NCBI GenBank assembly: GCA_041601615.1
Contig: JBFIHX010000005.1
Span: 128,001-192,000, forward strand
Source of the DNA: Thermoplasmatota archaeon
GTDB lineage: Archaea > Thermoplasmatota > E2 > JACPAO01 > JAHFTW01
DNA: 64,000 nucleotides
Reading direction: 5' to 3'
This document shows positions 10,166-20,726 of the stretch, in pieces. Below the pieces are notes generated by a model. It worked only from the letters and a program-made list of their open reading frames with translations, had not been told where the DNA came from and did no database searches. Every line of letters begins with the position of its first letter. The first letter of the stretch is position 1. The position numbers and the translations under genes are program-made.

Positions 10166-12982
10166 TTATCGCCGCCGGGCGGAGAGTACGATGGTGACAA
10201 GCACGAGGGTGGCGAAGGCGACGCCAATCCACAGCCACGGCTCGCGGGGGTCAAGGACCACGGCTGCGGCATTGGGGCGGGGCTCCTGGCTGGCGAGGCC
10301 ATAAGGGCCAGCGTCGGCGTTGTCTGCTTGGTCCTTTGTGCTGTCGCCGTCGGCGTTTGTGCCGCTGCCCGAGTCGACTTTGTCCGGGTTGTTTTCTTCG
10401 GCAAAGGGACTTTCTGGGGCTTGCTCGGCCATGGGTCCGCCTGCCACGGGGGGCACGGTGGTGCCGGGGGGCACGGCTTGCACTTTGATGGTCACGGTGG
10501 CTTTCGAGCTGGCACCTTCTGGGTCTTGGACGGTGAGGGTGACGGTGTAGCTGCCGGCCTTGTCGTAGGTGTGTGCGGGGGCTTGCTGGGTGCCGGTTTC
10601 GCCGTCGCCAAAGTCCCAGGTTCGGCTCAGGTTGCTGCCTTCGGGATCGGTGCTGTTGTCCACGAGGAGGACTTTTTGGCCAACGTATGCGTCGGTGGTG
10701 CGGGCTTCAATGATAGCGGTTGGGGCGCCGTTTTTGATGAATACGTTGCGCGTCACGGTGGTCTGGAGCCCGGTTTCGTCGGTGACGGTGAGTTGGACGT
10801 CGTGGGCACCGAATTTGGCGAGGCCTAGGACGGGGTTTGGTTCGCTTGCGTCGATGCTGCCGTCTGCGTCCACGTCGTACCACCACATGACGATGCGGTT
10901 GTCGGCGTCCGTGCTTTTGTCTGTGAATGCGATGGCTCGCTCGGGGGGTCCGTCGGCGCGTTGCCAATCGAAGGCGGCGTTGGGGGGTCGACGGTTGGCG
11001 GGCGACGTGGGGGATCCGGTGCCGTTTTCGCCGCCGCCTCCGGCTTGGCCGTCTTTTTCGAGGATCAAGATGGTAACGCGGTCGGTGTCACGGACACCTT
11101 TGTCGTCTTTGACGGTGAGGTCGATGTCGTGGACGCCGGCGCCGAGGCGCAGGGTCGGTTGGCTGCTGGTGCTGAACCGTTTGCCGTTGCGCGCCCATGA
11201 GTAGCTTTCCACTTCGCCGTCCGGGTCGTGGCTGCGGGTGCCGTCGAGGGAGACTTCGATGGTGGTGCCGGCGGGGTGGTCGCGGATGATTTGGTCCATG
11301 CCGGCGTCGGCTACGGGTGCGACGTTGCGTACGGTGATTTTCTTGGTCAAGGACGCTTTGGTGTCGATGTCGGTGTGGACAGTGAGGGTCACTTGCTTGG
11401 TGCCGGAGGTCTCGAAGCTCCAGGTGGGGGTGGGGCCGGTGGCGTCGGGGCTGCCGTCTGCGTCCATGTCCCAGCTCCATGCGATGATGTGGCCGTAGCT
11501 GCTGGTGCTTTCGTCCACGAACCGCACTTCTTGGTTGCCCAGGATGGTGCCGGGTAGCCATGAGAAGTCGGGCTCGGGGGTGGGCGGGCCGTGTACGGTG
11601 AAGACGCGCTTTGCTTGGTCGGTTCCGAGCATTGGGTCGGAGACGGCGAGCATGATTTCGTGCGGCCCTACGGACAAGGATTGGCTGAGTTCCTTGCCGG
11701 TTCCGACGAGGGCGCCATCCACGTACCAGTGGTATGCAAGGTCGGTGCCGTTGCTTTTGGAGGCGAGGAAGGTGACGGGTTCGTGGCCGTTGCCGTCAAG
11801 GTCGGCGGGTTCTTCCGGCAGCGTGATGCGTGCTTCGGGGCCGTCGTTGTTTCCGAGCAATTGCACCGTGCCGCCACGGGAGTGGGAAAAGCCCAGGGCG
11901 GCGATGCCTCGGTGCAAGGAAATGTCGGAGGGTTGGCTTCGGGAAGTGAAGGAATCTGGCCCCCAACTGCTGCCCTCGCGGCCGTAGACTCGAAGGTAGG
12001 GCGAGAACGTGCCGCGCGTAATCATGCGGGATTCGCTTGCTTCGATTTGGTTGCATCGCACGTCCTCGAAGGACTGGGAAACAGTCCAAGTGGAGCCGCT
12101 TTTGCGGTAGACGTGCAAGCTGCGGTCGTTGTCTGCGATGAAGATGCTGGCGTCGTCGCACACCAACACTTCGTTTTTGGTCTGGGCGATGGCGATGCCG
12201 AAGCCGGAGCCGTCGTTCAGGGCCGAGGGGCCCAGTTCGGCTTCTTGGGTCCATTGGCTGCCGCTGAGGCCGTAGATGAATGCCGAGCCGGGTTCTACGG
12301 TGTCCTGGTAGTACCAGCCGGGGGCGCCCACAATGAGTCGAGAGCCTTGCAAGTCCAAGTCGTAGCCGAACATGGTCCGAGATAGGAGGCCAGGGTCTGA
12401 CAGGGTCTGTTTGAACACTGCGTCGTCGCCTTGCAGTTTGTACATGTGCACGCGGCTGGTTTGGCGTAGCGCTTCGTCGGAGATGTAGAGATCTGGCGCG
12501 GCGACGGCAATCCAGGAGCCGGAAATGGCAACTTCCTCTCCATAGTCCACGTCGTCGGGGGCCGAGTCCATTCGATCGGCGAGTCGCCACGATGCGCCGC
12601 CGTGCTTGTAGACGTATGCGGCCCCGTAGCCGCCGCCGGATTTGTGTTGGTTGGGCGCTCCGATGACGAGTACGTCTCCGTCCACAGCGATTCCGGCGCC
12701 AAACTGACTATTCTTGGGGCCCTCCAGTGTTTGCAGGACCTTCCAGAGGCCGTCGCGAATCCCCATCACGACCACCTTGGCCGAGCCGGGAGATCCTACA
12801 ATGAGGTCATCGCCATGCCATGCTACGGTGTCGCCGAAGCGCAAGTCCTGCACGGGACTTCCAATTGATTCATAGATGGAGAGTTTCGTGTGGCCGTCGG
12901 CGGCGGCGGGCAATGCATGGAGTGTGGACCCAAGCAGGACCATTGCAAGAAACAGGTGCTTGCGTCGCCCCGGATTCACCAC
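10166..12982 (-). CDS. Cell-surface protein: FG-GAP beta-propeller plus PKD domains (paralog of neighbour)
   Basis: Signal peptide; FGAGIAVDGDVLVIGAP repeats; WDFGDG PKD motif; C-terminal TM followed by RRR. Confidence 0.9.
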   Translation of the reverse strand: MVNPGRRKHLFLAMVLLGSTLHALPAAADGHTKLSIYESIGSPVQDLRFGDTVAWHGDDLIVGSPGSAKVVVMGIRDGLWKVLQTLEGPKNSQFGAGIAVDGDVLVIGAPNQHKSGGGYGAAYVYKHGGASWRLADRMDSAPDDVDYGEEVAISGSWIAVAAPDLYISDEALRQTSRVHMYKLQGDDAVFKQTLSDPGLLSRTMFGYDLDLQGSRLIVGAPGWYYQDTVEPGSAFIYGLSGSQWTQEAELGPSALNDGSGFGIAIAQTKNEVLVCDDASIFIADNDRSLHVYRKSGSTWTVSQSFEDVRCNQIEASESRMITRGTFSPYLRVYGREGSSWGPDSFTSRSQPSDISLHRGIAALGFSHSRGGTVQLLGNNDGPEARITLPEEPADLDGNGHEPVTFLASKSNGTDLAYHWYVDGALVGTGKELSQSLSVGPHEIMLAVSDPMLGTDQAKRVFTVHGPPTPEPDFSWLPGTILGNQEVRFVDESTSSYGHIIAWSWDMDADGSPDATGPTPTWSFETSGTKQVTLTVHTDIDTKASLTKKITVRNVAPVADAGMDQIIRDHPAGTTIEVSLDGTRSHDPDGEVESYSWARNGKRFSTSSQPTLRLGAGVHDIDLTVKDDKGVRDTDRVTILILEKDGQAGGGGENGTGSPTSPANRRPPNAAFDWQRADGPPERAIAFTDKSTDADNRIVMWWYDVDADGSIDASEPNPVLGLAKFGAHDVQLTVTDETGLQTTVTRNVFIKNGAPTAIIEARTTDAYVGQKVLLVDNSTDPEGSNLSRTWDFGDGETGTQQAPAHTYDKAGSYTVTLTVQDPEGASSKATVTIKVQAVPPGTTVPPVAGGPMAEQAPESPFAEENNPDKVDSGSGTNADGDSTKDQADNADAGPYGLASQEPRPNAAAVVLDPREPWLWIGVAFATLVLVTIVLSARRR

Positions 12983-13006
12983 AAGCTGACCCCGACTTTC
13001 CCCTAC

Positions 13007-13515
13007 TTAAGGAGTATCGTCCCTTCGTGCAAGTCGACGAATTCCCATTGCCCCGGCAACAAGCAGCGCGCCCAGAAATAGCCATGCGCCAAGGGGCAAC
13101 GAAGCAACGCGTTCGAGCCACGACGAAAGCAAGGGCCGCGCCTCGCTGCCGCTTCGATCATGGCCGTGGTCGGGGTCGACGAGGCGCCACTGCCCAGGGT
13201 CTTGCTCAAATTGTAACAATCGAATTCGATTCGGGGCTGCTTTGCGGCAGGTTCGTAGTGGTTCCACGAGAAACGCTCCGGTCTCGCTGCACCCGCCAAC
13301 GCCAGCGACCGCAGCCCAATCGCCGTTGGCGACCACCTGCTCACCGCCGCGACTCGATGGATCCACGTCCGGCTCCAAGGGCAAAGTCAATCTTGGTTCA
13401 ACCAAGACGGGCTCGCCTTGCTCTGGTGCTCCATGGCCGTCACCGTCCCGAACAACAGGAGAATGAGAATTCCAGCACTCCACCGCAACAACGCCGAAAC
13501 GATCCTCGAACCCAT
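13007..13515 (-). pseudogene. Frameshifted small exported, membrane-anchored protein
   Basis: Signal peptide (MGSRIVSALLRWSAGILILLLFGTVTA) is in one frame; the body and C-terminal TM+RR are in another. Adding one C near 13435 gives TVTA-HGAPEQ. Confidence 0.55.
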
Positions 13516-13594
13516 AAGCATTCGGGGGGATGTACGCCGGGTCGCCAGCCCGAACCTTTTTTGACCCGGCGGCTTGGCCGGCCAGGTCGCCTTG

Positions 13595-14818
13595 ATGCCT
13601 GGAACCTTCCCCAAGAAAGCATGGCTTGTACTGGAGGATGGTTCCGTGGTGGAGGGCGAACATTTTGGCGCCCCCGGCACCGCGTTTGGCGAACTGGTCT
13701 TCAACACTGGAATGACCGGCTACCAGGAGAGCCTCACGGACCCATCGTACCACGGCCAGGTGCTGATGTTCACCTACCCGATGGTGGGCAACTACGGCAT
13801 CAATGCGGCCGACTGGGAAAGCGACAAGGTCTGGCCCCGGGCCGTCGTGGTGCGTGAATGGTGCCGCGAGCCCAGCCACCGCGCCAGCGCCAAGACCCTG
13901 GACGAGCTTCTGAAGGAACAGGGCACGCCCGGCATCAGTGGCGTGGACACCCGTGCGCTTACGCTTCGCACCCGCGAGAAAGGCTGCTTGAAGTGCTTCG
14001 TCACGGACGACGAGGCGGCGGTTCCGGGCCTCGTGGCCAAGGTCGCAGGTATGGCAAGCGTGGAAGCCGACAACCTTGCGGGCGAAGCGAGTGTTCCTGA
14101 AGTGCGCCGCTACGGCCGCAACGACGCAGGGGAACTCGTGGACGGAAGCACACCCGACCCCGCCGCGTACTCTGTGGCGGTGCTCGATACCGGCATCAAG
14201 CGCAACATCCTGCGCAACCTCGCCCGCCGCTTCAACGTCCTGCACTGCCCCTGGGACACCAGCGCCGAAACGGTCCTCGCGTTCAACCCGGACGCCTTGT
14301 TTTTGGCCAACGGCCCCGGCGACCCTGGCCATCCTGACATCATCGCCAACACGGTCCCGGCGATTCGCGCCTTGTCCGAGCAATTTCCCACGTTCGGCAT
14401 TTGCTACGGCAACCAACTCGTCAGTCTTGCCTGGGGCGCGACGACGCATAAGATGAAGTTCGGCCACCGAGGCGCCAACATTCCCGTGCGCGACGAAGCA
14501 ACCGGCACCGTGCGCATCACGAGTCAAAACCATGGCTTTGCCGTGGATGGCGCAAGCGTCGAAGGCACCCAACTTCGCATCTGGGAACGCTGCCCCAACG
14601 ACGGCACCGTCGAGGCGCTCATGCACGAATCGCTGCCGATTTTCACCACCCAGTACCACCCCGAGGCGTGCCCTGGGCCGTGGGATTCGGGGCACCTCTT
14701 CGACGCATTCCTCGCTCTCGTAAAGGAAGTCAAGGCAGGCACTTTCGTGGCGGGCACGTTCCCCGGCATCCACCAAAAGGGCGTCGCGCCCTGCCCCGTG
14801 GACGCAGCCACCGCCTAG
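13595..14818 (+). CDS. carA: Carbamoyl-phosphate synthase small subunit
   Basis: GELVFNTGMTGYQE, NGPGDP, FGICYG, KFGHRGAN, SQNHGF, QYHPE. Confidence 0.97.
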   Translation: MPGTFPKKAWLVLEDGSVVEGEHFGAPGTAFGELVFNTGMTGYQESLTDPSYHGQVLMFTYPMVGNYGINAADWESDKVWPRAVVVREWCREPSHRASAKTLDELLKEQGTPGISGVDTRALTLRTREKGCLKCFVTDDEAAVPGLVAKVAGMASVEADNLAGEASVPEVRRYGRNDAGELVDGSTPDPAAYSVAVLDTGIKRNILRNLARRFNVLHCPWDTSAETVLAFNPDALFLANGPGDPGHPDIIANTVPAIRALSEQFPTFGICYGNQLVSLAWGATTHKMKFGHRGANIPVRDEATGTVRITSQNHGFAVDGASVEGTQLRIWERCPNDGTVEALMHESLPIFTTQYHPEACPGPWDSGHLFDAFLALVKEVKAGTFVAGTFPGIHQKGVAPCPVDAATA

Positions 14819-16596
14819 TTTCCAGGCTGATCGGAATCGACCGCTTCGGTGTCGCGCTCAAAAAACACTGTGTGCACATCGTTGCCATCCACCACCGTGA
14901 CAATTGCCGGGGCTGACGCGCCGAACGTCCGCATCAAGCCGGTGCGGTACACATCGTCGCGAAGGTCGCCAACGCGGTGGCTTTCGGCTTCCCCGTCGGC
15001 GCCAATGATGGCAAACACATCGTCGTCATCCAGTCCCTGCAATTGGTTCATGATCGCCGCCAAATCGCGAGCATACACCTCCGCTGCCGCTTGCCGGGCG
15101 CGTTCAAAGCGACGGTCCTGAATTCTAGCACCAAGCGCCGTCACCGGAACCACGAGCAGTTTCGTCGCGGCAATCAAGCCGTGCACCGCGCGGTCCACGC
15201 CGCGGGCTGCGGCGTGGCTTGCCCCTGACAAAGTGCGGGCCACGGCGCGCACCGGTTTGGGCGTGAACGCCTCCGCGCCCGAGTGTAGCGCGTCCGCTTG
15301 CTCCAGGGCCCACAGATACCAAGCCGGTGGATTGTCTGCCGTGCGAGCGCGAAGCCAAAGGAACGTGGCAACATACAGCACTGCGCCGGCGGCGCCCAGA
15401 GGCACCAAGCTCGCCATGGGAAGAAACGCAAGCACGAACCCGAAGTAGAGCATGTACGCGCCCACCGCGTACAGGAACGCCACGGATCGGCGCCAGACCC
15501 AGATGTCGTACCCTGGCAGCGGCCGGATCGGCAAGGCGCTCGTGGCAAGTCCAACGAGAGCGACTTCCATCGCCTGGTCCACCACGGCATAATTCCAACG
15601 ATAGCCCACCCACAAGAACGGCAAAAGCAACGCCAGAAACACCGTCATGCTTGCCAAGGCACGAATGCCCTCCACGTGCGGCGGCTCGTCGTCTGTGCCG
15701 TCCGCGTCCTCATCGCGCACTTCCTCCACGTACCCAGGGTACCCGAACGGCGTGCGAAACAGAACCGAAGAAAGGACAAGGCTCACAGCGCCGGAACCTA
15801 GGAACCGAACCGCCGTCGCCGCTCGGCTAGCAAAACCCAGAAGGTACTCCACGCCGAGGGCCGCAGCCACGAACAGCATCGACACGCCGCCCGCGATGGG
15901 CAGGGCACGAAGATAGGGGCCCAACGCATACGGATGCAGGCCCTCAAAGGCAAAGAAAATCGTCACAAGCAAGAGCGTCAATGCCAGCGCCATCCAAGTG
16001 CCCATGCGACGCGCCCGCACCTTCGTGCGAAGGGCAAGATAATCCTCACCCACCGCCATCAAACTCTCCTTACCTATTTGCGCTGCCGCCATAGCCGCCC
16101 GGCTGCCAAGCGTCGAACCCACCGCGCTGCCACCGGCCGCAAGCGCCGTCGTCGTGCCCACCACAGCCGCAGCCGTACCAAGCTCCGCGCGCGCATTTTG
16201 CACCGACACGTCCAGCACAGCAAGCGTCTCGTTGCCGCGCCGGGCCTCCAGCGTGTACGGGCCGTTTACCGCCGTAGTCGTGTCCCAAGAAGCCGTAGAT
16301 GCCGCCCCCGGAGCAGAAAGCAGGGAAGTGCTCCCACCCGCCGACAACAACACAATGCTTGCGTCCGACGGCGCATCCAGCAAGCGCACATCGACGGCAC
16401 CCGAGACGCGATCCACGCGCACCACCTCGCCGCCCTGGCTCAACACCAACAAGGGTTCGCCCGGCGCAACCATGGCAGGCTCATCGCTTGGCCACACTTT
16501 GACCACCAAAACGCCAGCAAGCAGCAACTCCAACAGGAGTGCCACCGCCAACAATGTCCGAACCGGATCCGCACGTTGCGGGCGACGAGGGGGCAC
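14815..16596 (-). CDS. Membrane protein with N-terminal Ig-like domain and multi-TM region (M50-like C-terminal motif, no HExxH seen)
   Basis: N-terminal TM; ASWDTTTAVNGPYTLEAR Ig-like strand; many TMs; LPIRPLPGYDIW resembles the M50 LPxxPLDG motif. Start uncertain. Confidence 0.7.
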   Translation of the reverse strand: MPPRRPQRADPVRTLLAVALLLELLLAGVLVVKVWPSDEPAMVAPGEPLLVLSQGGEVVRVDRVSGAVDVRLLDAPSDASIVLLSAGGSTSLLSAPGAASTASWDTTTAVNGPYTLEARRGNETLAVLDVSVQNARAELGTAAAVVGTTTALAAGGSAVGSTLGSRAAMAAAQIGKESLMAVGEDYLALRTKVRARRMGTWMALALTLLLVTIFFAFEGLHPYALGPYLRALPIAGGVSMLFVAAALGVEYLLGFASRAATAVRFLGSGAVSLVLSSVLFRTPFGYPGYVEEVRDEDADGTDDEPPHVEGIRALASMTVFLALLLPFLWVGYRWNYAVVDQAMEVALVGLATSALPIRPLPGYDIWVWRRSVAFLYAVGAYMLYFGFVLAFLPMASLVPLGAAGAVLYVATFLWLRARTADNPPAWYLWALEQADALHSGAEAFTPKPVRAVARTLSGASHAAARGVDRAVHGLIAATKLLVVPVTALGARIQDRRFERARQAAAEVYARDLAAIMNQLQGLDDDDVFAIIGADGEAESHRVGDLRDDVYRTGLMRTFGASAPAIVTVVDGNDVHTVFFERDTEAVDSDQPGN

Positions 16597-16744
16597 TTCG
16601 ACCGCCAAGATGGGCCCGAAAGCGCCGCTTGTGGATAACTTCAGCGAGCCGAACAAGGAGGCACCCGCGACCGTTGCCTTTTTTGCGGCCTCGGGGTGCG
16701 CCGTCAGGTCGGGGCCGCGAACCTGGCCGCCTGGGAGCCCCTTG

Positions 16745-16940
16745 ATGCCCAAGCGCACCGACGATCACAGAATCCTAGCACGGCCCGGCGGAGCAGTTCT
16801 TCGCTCGGCGTCCATTGTTCCTGCGGCGCGGGGAATCGAAAAACACCGAGGTGTCTAGCGTGCCTAAGAGAACGGATGTCAAGAAAATCCTGATCATCGG
16901 CAGTGGGCCGATCCAAATTGGCCAAGCCGCCGAAATTGAT
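16745..16940 (+). repeat. Two upstream partial copies of the carB 5' end
   Basis: 16745 reads MPKRTDDHRIL; 16860 reads (V)[26 protein letters not shown]; the true start at 17035 reads [27 protein letters not shown]. Confidence 0.9.
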
Positions 16941-16972
16941 GCCGGGGCTTTGCCCCTGGCGGCCCCAGATTC

Positions 16973-17000
16973 GGGCCCCGCTCGCGTCGCTCGGGGACCC
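16973..17000. repeat. 28-bp hairpin element, copy B
   Basis: GGGCCCCGCTCGCGTCGCTCGGGGACCC; matches 6653-6680. Confidence 0.5.
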
Positions 17001-17034
17001 AGGCACGTTCGTGGCGGCTTGCGAGGTGTCATTC

Positions 17035-20000
17035 ATGCCTAAGCGAACGGATGTCAAAAAAATCCTCATCATCGGCAGTGGACCCATCCAGATTGGCCAA
17101 GCCGCAGAGTTTGATTTCAGCGGCAGCCAAGCATGCCAATCGGCGCGCGAGGAAGGCTACGAAGTGGTCCTTGTCAATTCCAACCCCGCGACCATTCAAA
17201 CGGACGTGGAAATGGCGGAATCGGTCTACGTCGAACCGCTCACCGCCGCGAGCCTCACGCAAATCATCGCCAAAGAGCGCCCCGACGGCGTGCTTGCCGG
17301 CATGGGCGGACAAACGGCCCTCAACCTCGTCTCGGAACTGGCCGAACTTGGCGTGATGGAGAAGTACGGCGTACGCTTGCTCGGAACGCCCCTTGGCGCC
17401 ATCGAAGACGCAGAGGACCGTGATCTTTTCAAGAAAGTCATGGAGCGCATCGGCGAGCCGGTGCCCAAGGCAACCGTGGCCAAGACCGTGGACGAATGCG
17501 TTCGCGTGGCGGAAGAAGAAATCGGCCGCTACCCAGTGCTCATCCGACCCGCCTACACCCTCGGCGGACTCGGCGGAGGCGTCGCCCACGACCGCGAAGA
17601 GCTGCGAGAAGTGGCCGCGAAGGGCCTTGCCTACAGCCGCATCCACCAAGTGCTCATCGAAGAGAGCCTGCTCGGATGGCGCGAATACGAATACGAAGTG
17701 ATGCGCGACGGAGTGGACAACTGCATCGTCGTGTGCAACATGGAAAACCTCGACCCAATGGGTGTGCACACCGGCGAATCCATCGTCGTCGCCCCCAGCC
17801 AAACCCTCTCGGATCGCGACCACCAAATGCTGCGCGCCGCGAGCCTCAAGTGCATCCGTGCCCTGAAAATCGAGGGCGGCTGCAACGTCCAATTCGCCTT
17901 CGACCACAACACCGGCCAATACCGCGTCATCGAAGTCAATCCGCGTGTGTCGCGCAGCTCCGCGCTTGCAACCAAAGCCACGGGCTACCCGATTGCCCGT
18001 GTTGCCACCAAGATTGCGCTCGGGATGACCCTCGACGAAATCCCCAACGCCATCACCGGCCAAACCGTGGCCGCTTTCGAGCCCAGCCTCGACTACGTCA
18101 TCACCAAAATCCCGCGCTGGCCCTTCGACAAATTCCGCACCGTTGATCCTCGACTCGGAACTCAGATGAAGAGCACCGGCGAGGTGATGAGCATCGGCCG
18201 CAACATCGAAGAGAGCCTCATGAAGGCAGTTCGCAGCCTCGAAGTGGACGCCGACAGCCTCGACGCACCCACCGCTTGGTCCGACAGCAAACTAACCGAG
18301 CTGCTCGAAGTAGCCACCCACCTGCGCCTGTGGGCCGTTGCGGAGGCCCTTCGCCGTGGCTGGAGCGTGGAGAAAGTCTACGCCCTCTCCGGGTACGGAC
18401 CGTTCTTCCTCCACAAAATCAAGAACGTGCTCGACGCCGAGGCCGCCTACAAAGCGGACCCCTCGGACGACAATCTACGCGCCGCCAAGCGCTTCGGCAT
18501 CCCCGACACGCTCCTTGGCCGCGCCACGGGCCGCACGGAAGAATCGATCCACAACCAGCGCCTCGCCGCCGGCATCGTGCCCGACTTCAAAATGGTCGAC
18601 ACCTGTGCGGCCGAATTCGAAGCCGTCACGCCCTACTACTACAGCAGCTACGATCCCATCGACGCCGGCGCGCACCTGCCTGCCGACCGCGACCCCGCCG
18701 ACCGCCGCAAACGCTGCCTCGTGCTTGGCTCCGGGCCCATTCGCATCGGCCAAGGCATCGAATTCGACTACTGCTGCGTACACGCCGCCTGGGCCCTGCG
18801 CGAAGAAGGCACCGCCGCCATCATCCTCAACAACAACCCCGAAACCGTCTCCACGGACTTCGACACCAGCGACCGGCTGTACTTCGACCCCTTGACCCTC
18901 GAAGACGTCATGAACGTCATCGAACGCGAACGCCCCGACGGAGTGCTCGTGCAATTTGGCGGCCAAACCGCCATCAACCTCGCACTGCCACTAGAAGCGG
19001 CGCTCGCCGCCCGCCCGGACCTCCCCACGAAGATCTGGGGAACGCCTCCCTCGGCCATCGACTTGGCCGAAGACCGCGACAAGTTCAACCAACTCATGAA
19101 CAAGCTCGGCGTCAAACAACCCGAAGCCGGCATCGCCCGCAGCGACGAAGAAGCCGTCGTCATCGCCAACCGCATCGGCTACCCCGCCCTCGTTCGCCCC
19201 AGCTACGTGCTCGGCGGTCGCGCCATGCAAGTCGTCCACAACGAAGCAGAACTCCGAGACTACGTGCGCGACGCCGTGCGCGTCAGCAAAAAACACCCAC
19301 TCCTCGTGGACCGTTTCTTGTCGCGTGCCATCGAAATCGACGTGGACGCAGTCTGCGACGGCACCGATGTGCTGGTGGGCGCCGTCATGGAACACGTCGA
19401 AGAAGCCGGAGTCCACTCAGGCGACTCCACGACGGTGATTCCGCCCCAAAACCTGCCCATCGACATCATCCAGCGCATCGAGCAACACACACGCGACATC
19501 GCGCTGGCACTCGGCACCCGAGGCCTCATCAACATCCAATTCGCAGTCAAGGACGGCGACATCTACATCATCGAAGCCAACCCCCGAAGCAGCCGCACCG
19601 TGCCCTACGTCGCCAAAGCCACCGGAATCCCGCTCGCCAAAATTGCTGCCAAAATCACCCTTGGCATGAGCCTCGCCGACCAAGGAGTCCCCACCCGGAC
19701 CCCGACGCAGAAACTCCGACACGTCGCCGTCAAAGCACCCGTGTTCCCCTTCCTGAAGCTGCCCGGCGTAGACGCAGTGCTCGGCCCCGAAATGAAGAGC
19801 ACCGGCGAAGTGATGGGCATCGCCATCGACTACCCAACCGCCTACGCCAAGGCGATGGAAGCCGCCGGCAACCCACTGCCCACCGAAGGCACCGTGTTCG
19901 TCTCCGTGACCAAGGAAGATCGCCCCCGCGTCCTCGGCATCGCCCGCCGCCTCGTCGCCGTCGGCTTCGACCTCGTGGCCACCGAAGGCACAGCCGCGGA

Positions 20001-20322
20001 CCTTCGCGAAGCCGGCCTGCGCGTCACCACGGTCCACAAGCTCCACGAACGAAAGAGCCCCGACGCCATCGACCTCATCAAGACCGGCGGCATCCAACTC
20101 ATCATCAACACCCCCAACGAACTCATGGAGAGCGCCCAGATGCGCGACGGCTACCAGATGCGCCGCGCCGCAGTCGAAGGACAAGTGCCGTTTTTGGCCA
20201 CCATCGAGGCCGCCGAGGCCGCCATGGAAGCGATCGTCGCAAAGAAGGCGCTGCACGGACGCTTCCCGGTCCAGAGCCTGCAAGAATACGCCCGCCGCTG
20301 GCAGCAGGTGCTCGATGCGTAA
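17035..20322 (+). CDS. carB: Carbamoyl-phosphate synthase large subunit
   Basis: MPKRTD...[17 protein letters not shown], duplicated ATP-grasp halves, MKSTGEVM twice, C-terminal MGS domain; GAGGTG RBS. Confidence 0.98.
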   Translation: MPKRTDVKKILIIGSGPIQIGQAAEFDFSGSQACQSAREEGYEVVLVNSNPATIQTDVEMAESVYVEPLTAASLTQIIAKERPDGVLAGMGGQTALNLVSELAELGVMEKYGVRLLGTPLGAIEDAEDRDLFKKVMERIGEPVPKATVAKTVDECVRVAEEEIGRYPVLIRPAYTLGGLGGGVAHDREELREVAAKGLAYSRIHQVLIEESLLGWREYEYEVMRDGVDNCIVVCNMENLDPMGVHTGESIVVAPSQTLSDRDHQMLRAASLKCIRALKIEGGCNVQFAFDHNTGQYRVIEVNPRVSRSSALATKATGYPIARVATKIALGMTLDEIPNAITGQTVAAFEPSLDYVITKIPRWPFDKFRTVDPRLGTQMKSTGEVMSIGRNIEESLMKAVRSLEVDADSLDAPTAWSDSKLTELLEVATHLRLWAVAEALRRGWSVEKVYALSGYGPFFLHKIKNVLDAEAAYKADPSDDNLRAAKRFGIPDTLLGRATGRTEESIHNQRLAAGIVPDFKMVDTCAAEFEAVTPYYYSSYDPIDAGAHLPADRDPADRRKRCLVLGSGPIRIGQGIEFDYCCVHAAWALREEGTAAIILNNNPETVSTDFDTSDRLYFDPLTLEDVMNVIERERPDGVLVQFGGQTAINLALPLEAALAARPDLPTKIWGTPPSAIDLAEDRDKFNQLMNKLGVKQPEAGIARSDEEAVVIANRIGYPALVRPSYVLGGRAMQVVHNEAELRDYVRDAVRVSKKHPLLVDRFLSRAIEIDVDAVCDGTDVLVGAVMEHVEEAGVHSGDSTTVIPPQNLPIDIIQRIEQHTRDIALALGTRGLINIQFAVKDGDIYIIEANPRSSRTVPYVAKATGIPLAKIAAKITLGMSLADQGVPTRTPTQKLRHVAVKAPVFPFLKLPGVDAVLGPEMKSTGEVMGIAIDYPTAYAKAMEAAGNPLPTEGTVFVSVTKEDRPRVLGIARRLVAVGFDLVATEGTAADLREAGLRVTTVHKLHERKSPDAIDLIKTGGIQLIINTPNELMESAQMRDGYQMRRAAVEGQVPFLATIEAAEAAMEAIVAKKALHGRFPVQSLQEYARRWQQVLDA

Positions 20323-20551
20323 GGACCTCGCAGCCATCGTCTGCTGCCCCGAGGACCGCGCCAAGCTCACCCTGGTCGCCACGAAACGGGACGAACACGA
20401 GGACGTACTGGAAGGCACACTCACCTGCACCCAGTGCGGCTTCGTCTACCCCATCGAGGCCGGCATCCCCAACCTCCTGCCGCCCGAGTACCACCTCGAC
20501 GCAGACGGCAAGCCGGCCCGCGCTGCACAGGCTCGACACGAAGAAGAGTAG
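20315..20551 (+). CDS. trm112: Trm112 family methyltransferase partner protein
   Basis: IVCCPED...[24 protein letters not shown]; overlaps the carB stop. Confidence 0.88.
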   Translation: MRKDLAAIVCCPEDRAKLTLVATKRDEHEDVLEGTLTCTQCGFVYPIEAGIPNLLPPEYHLDADGKPARAAQARHEEE

Positions 20552-20726
20552 GCCCCACAGGCCTGCCTGCCACTGTGCGCAAATAGGGCCCAAAATTGCG
20601 CTGTATAAGAGAGCCAACCGCCCTCCCAAACACGGGCAGCGGCTCCCAGAAACAGCAACAGCGGGGTCGCAACGCGCGCGCTACGAACCCTTTATCCAAA
20701 GCCGCGGCTTGACTTGGAAATACGGG

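Noticed and set aside
18276-20726. Apparent 1195-aa ORF fusing a long Arg-rich region to NrdB
   Set aside because: The N-terminal part is an off-frame shadow of carB in GC-rich DNA; NrdB starts near 20727 behind its own TATA-like box.
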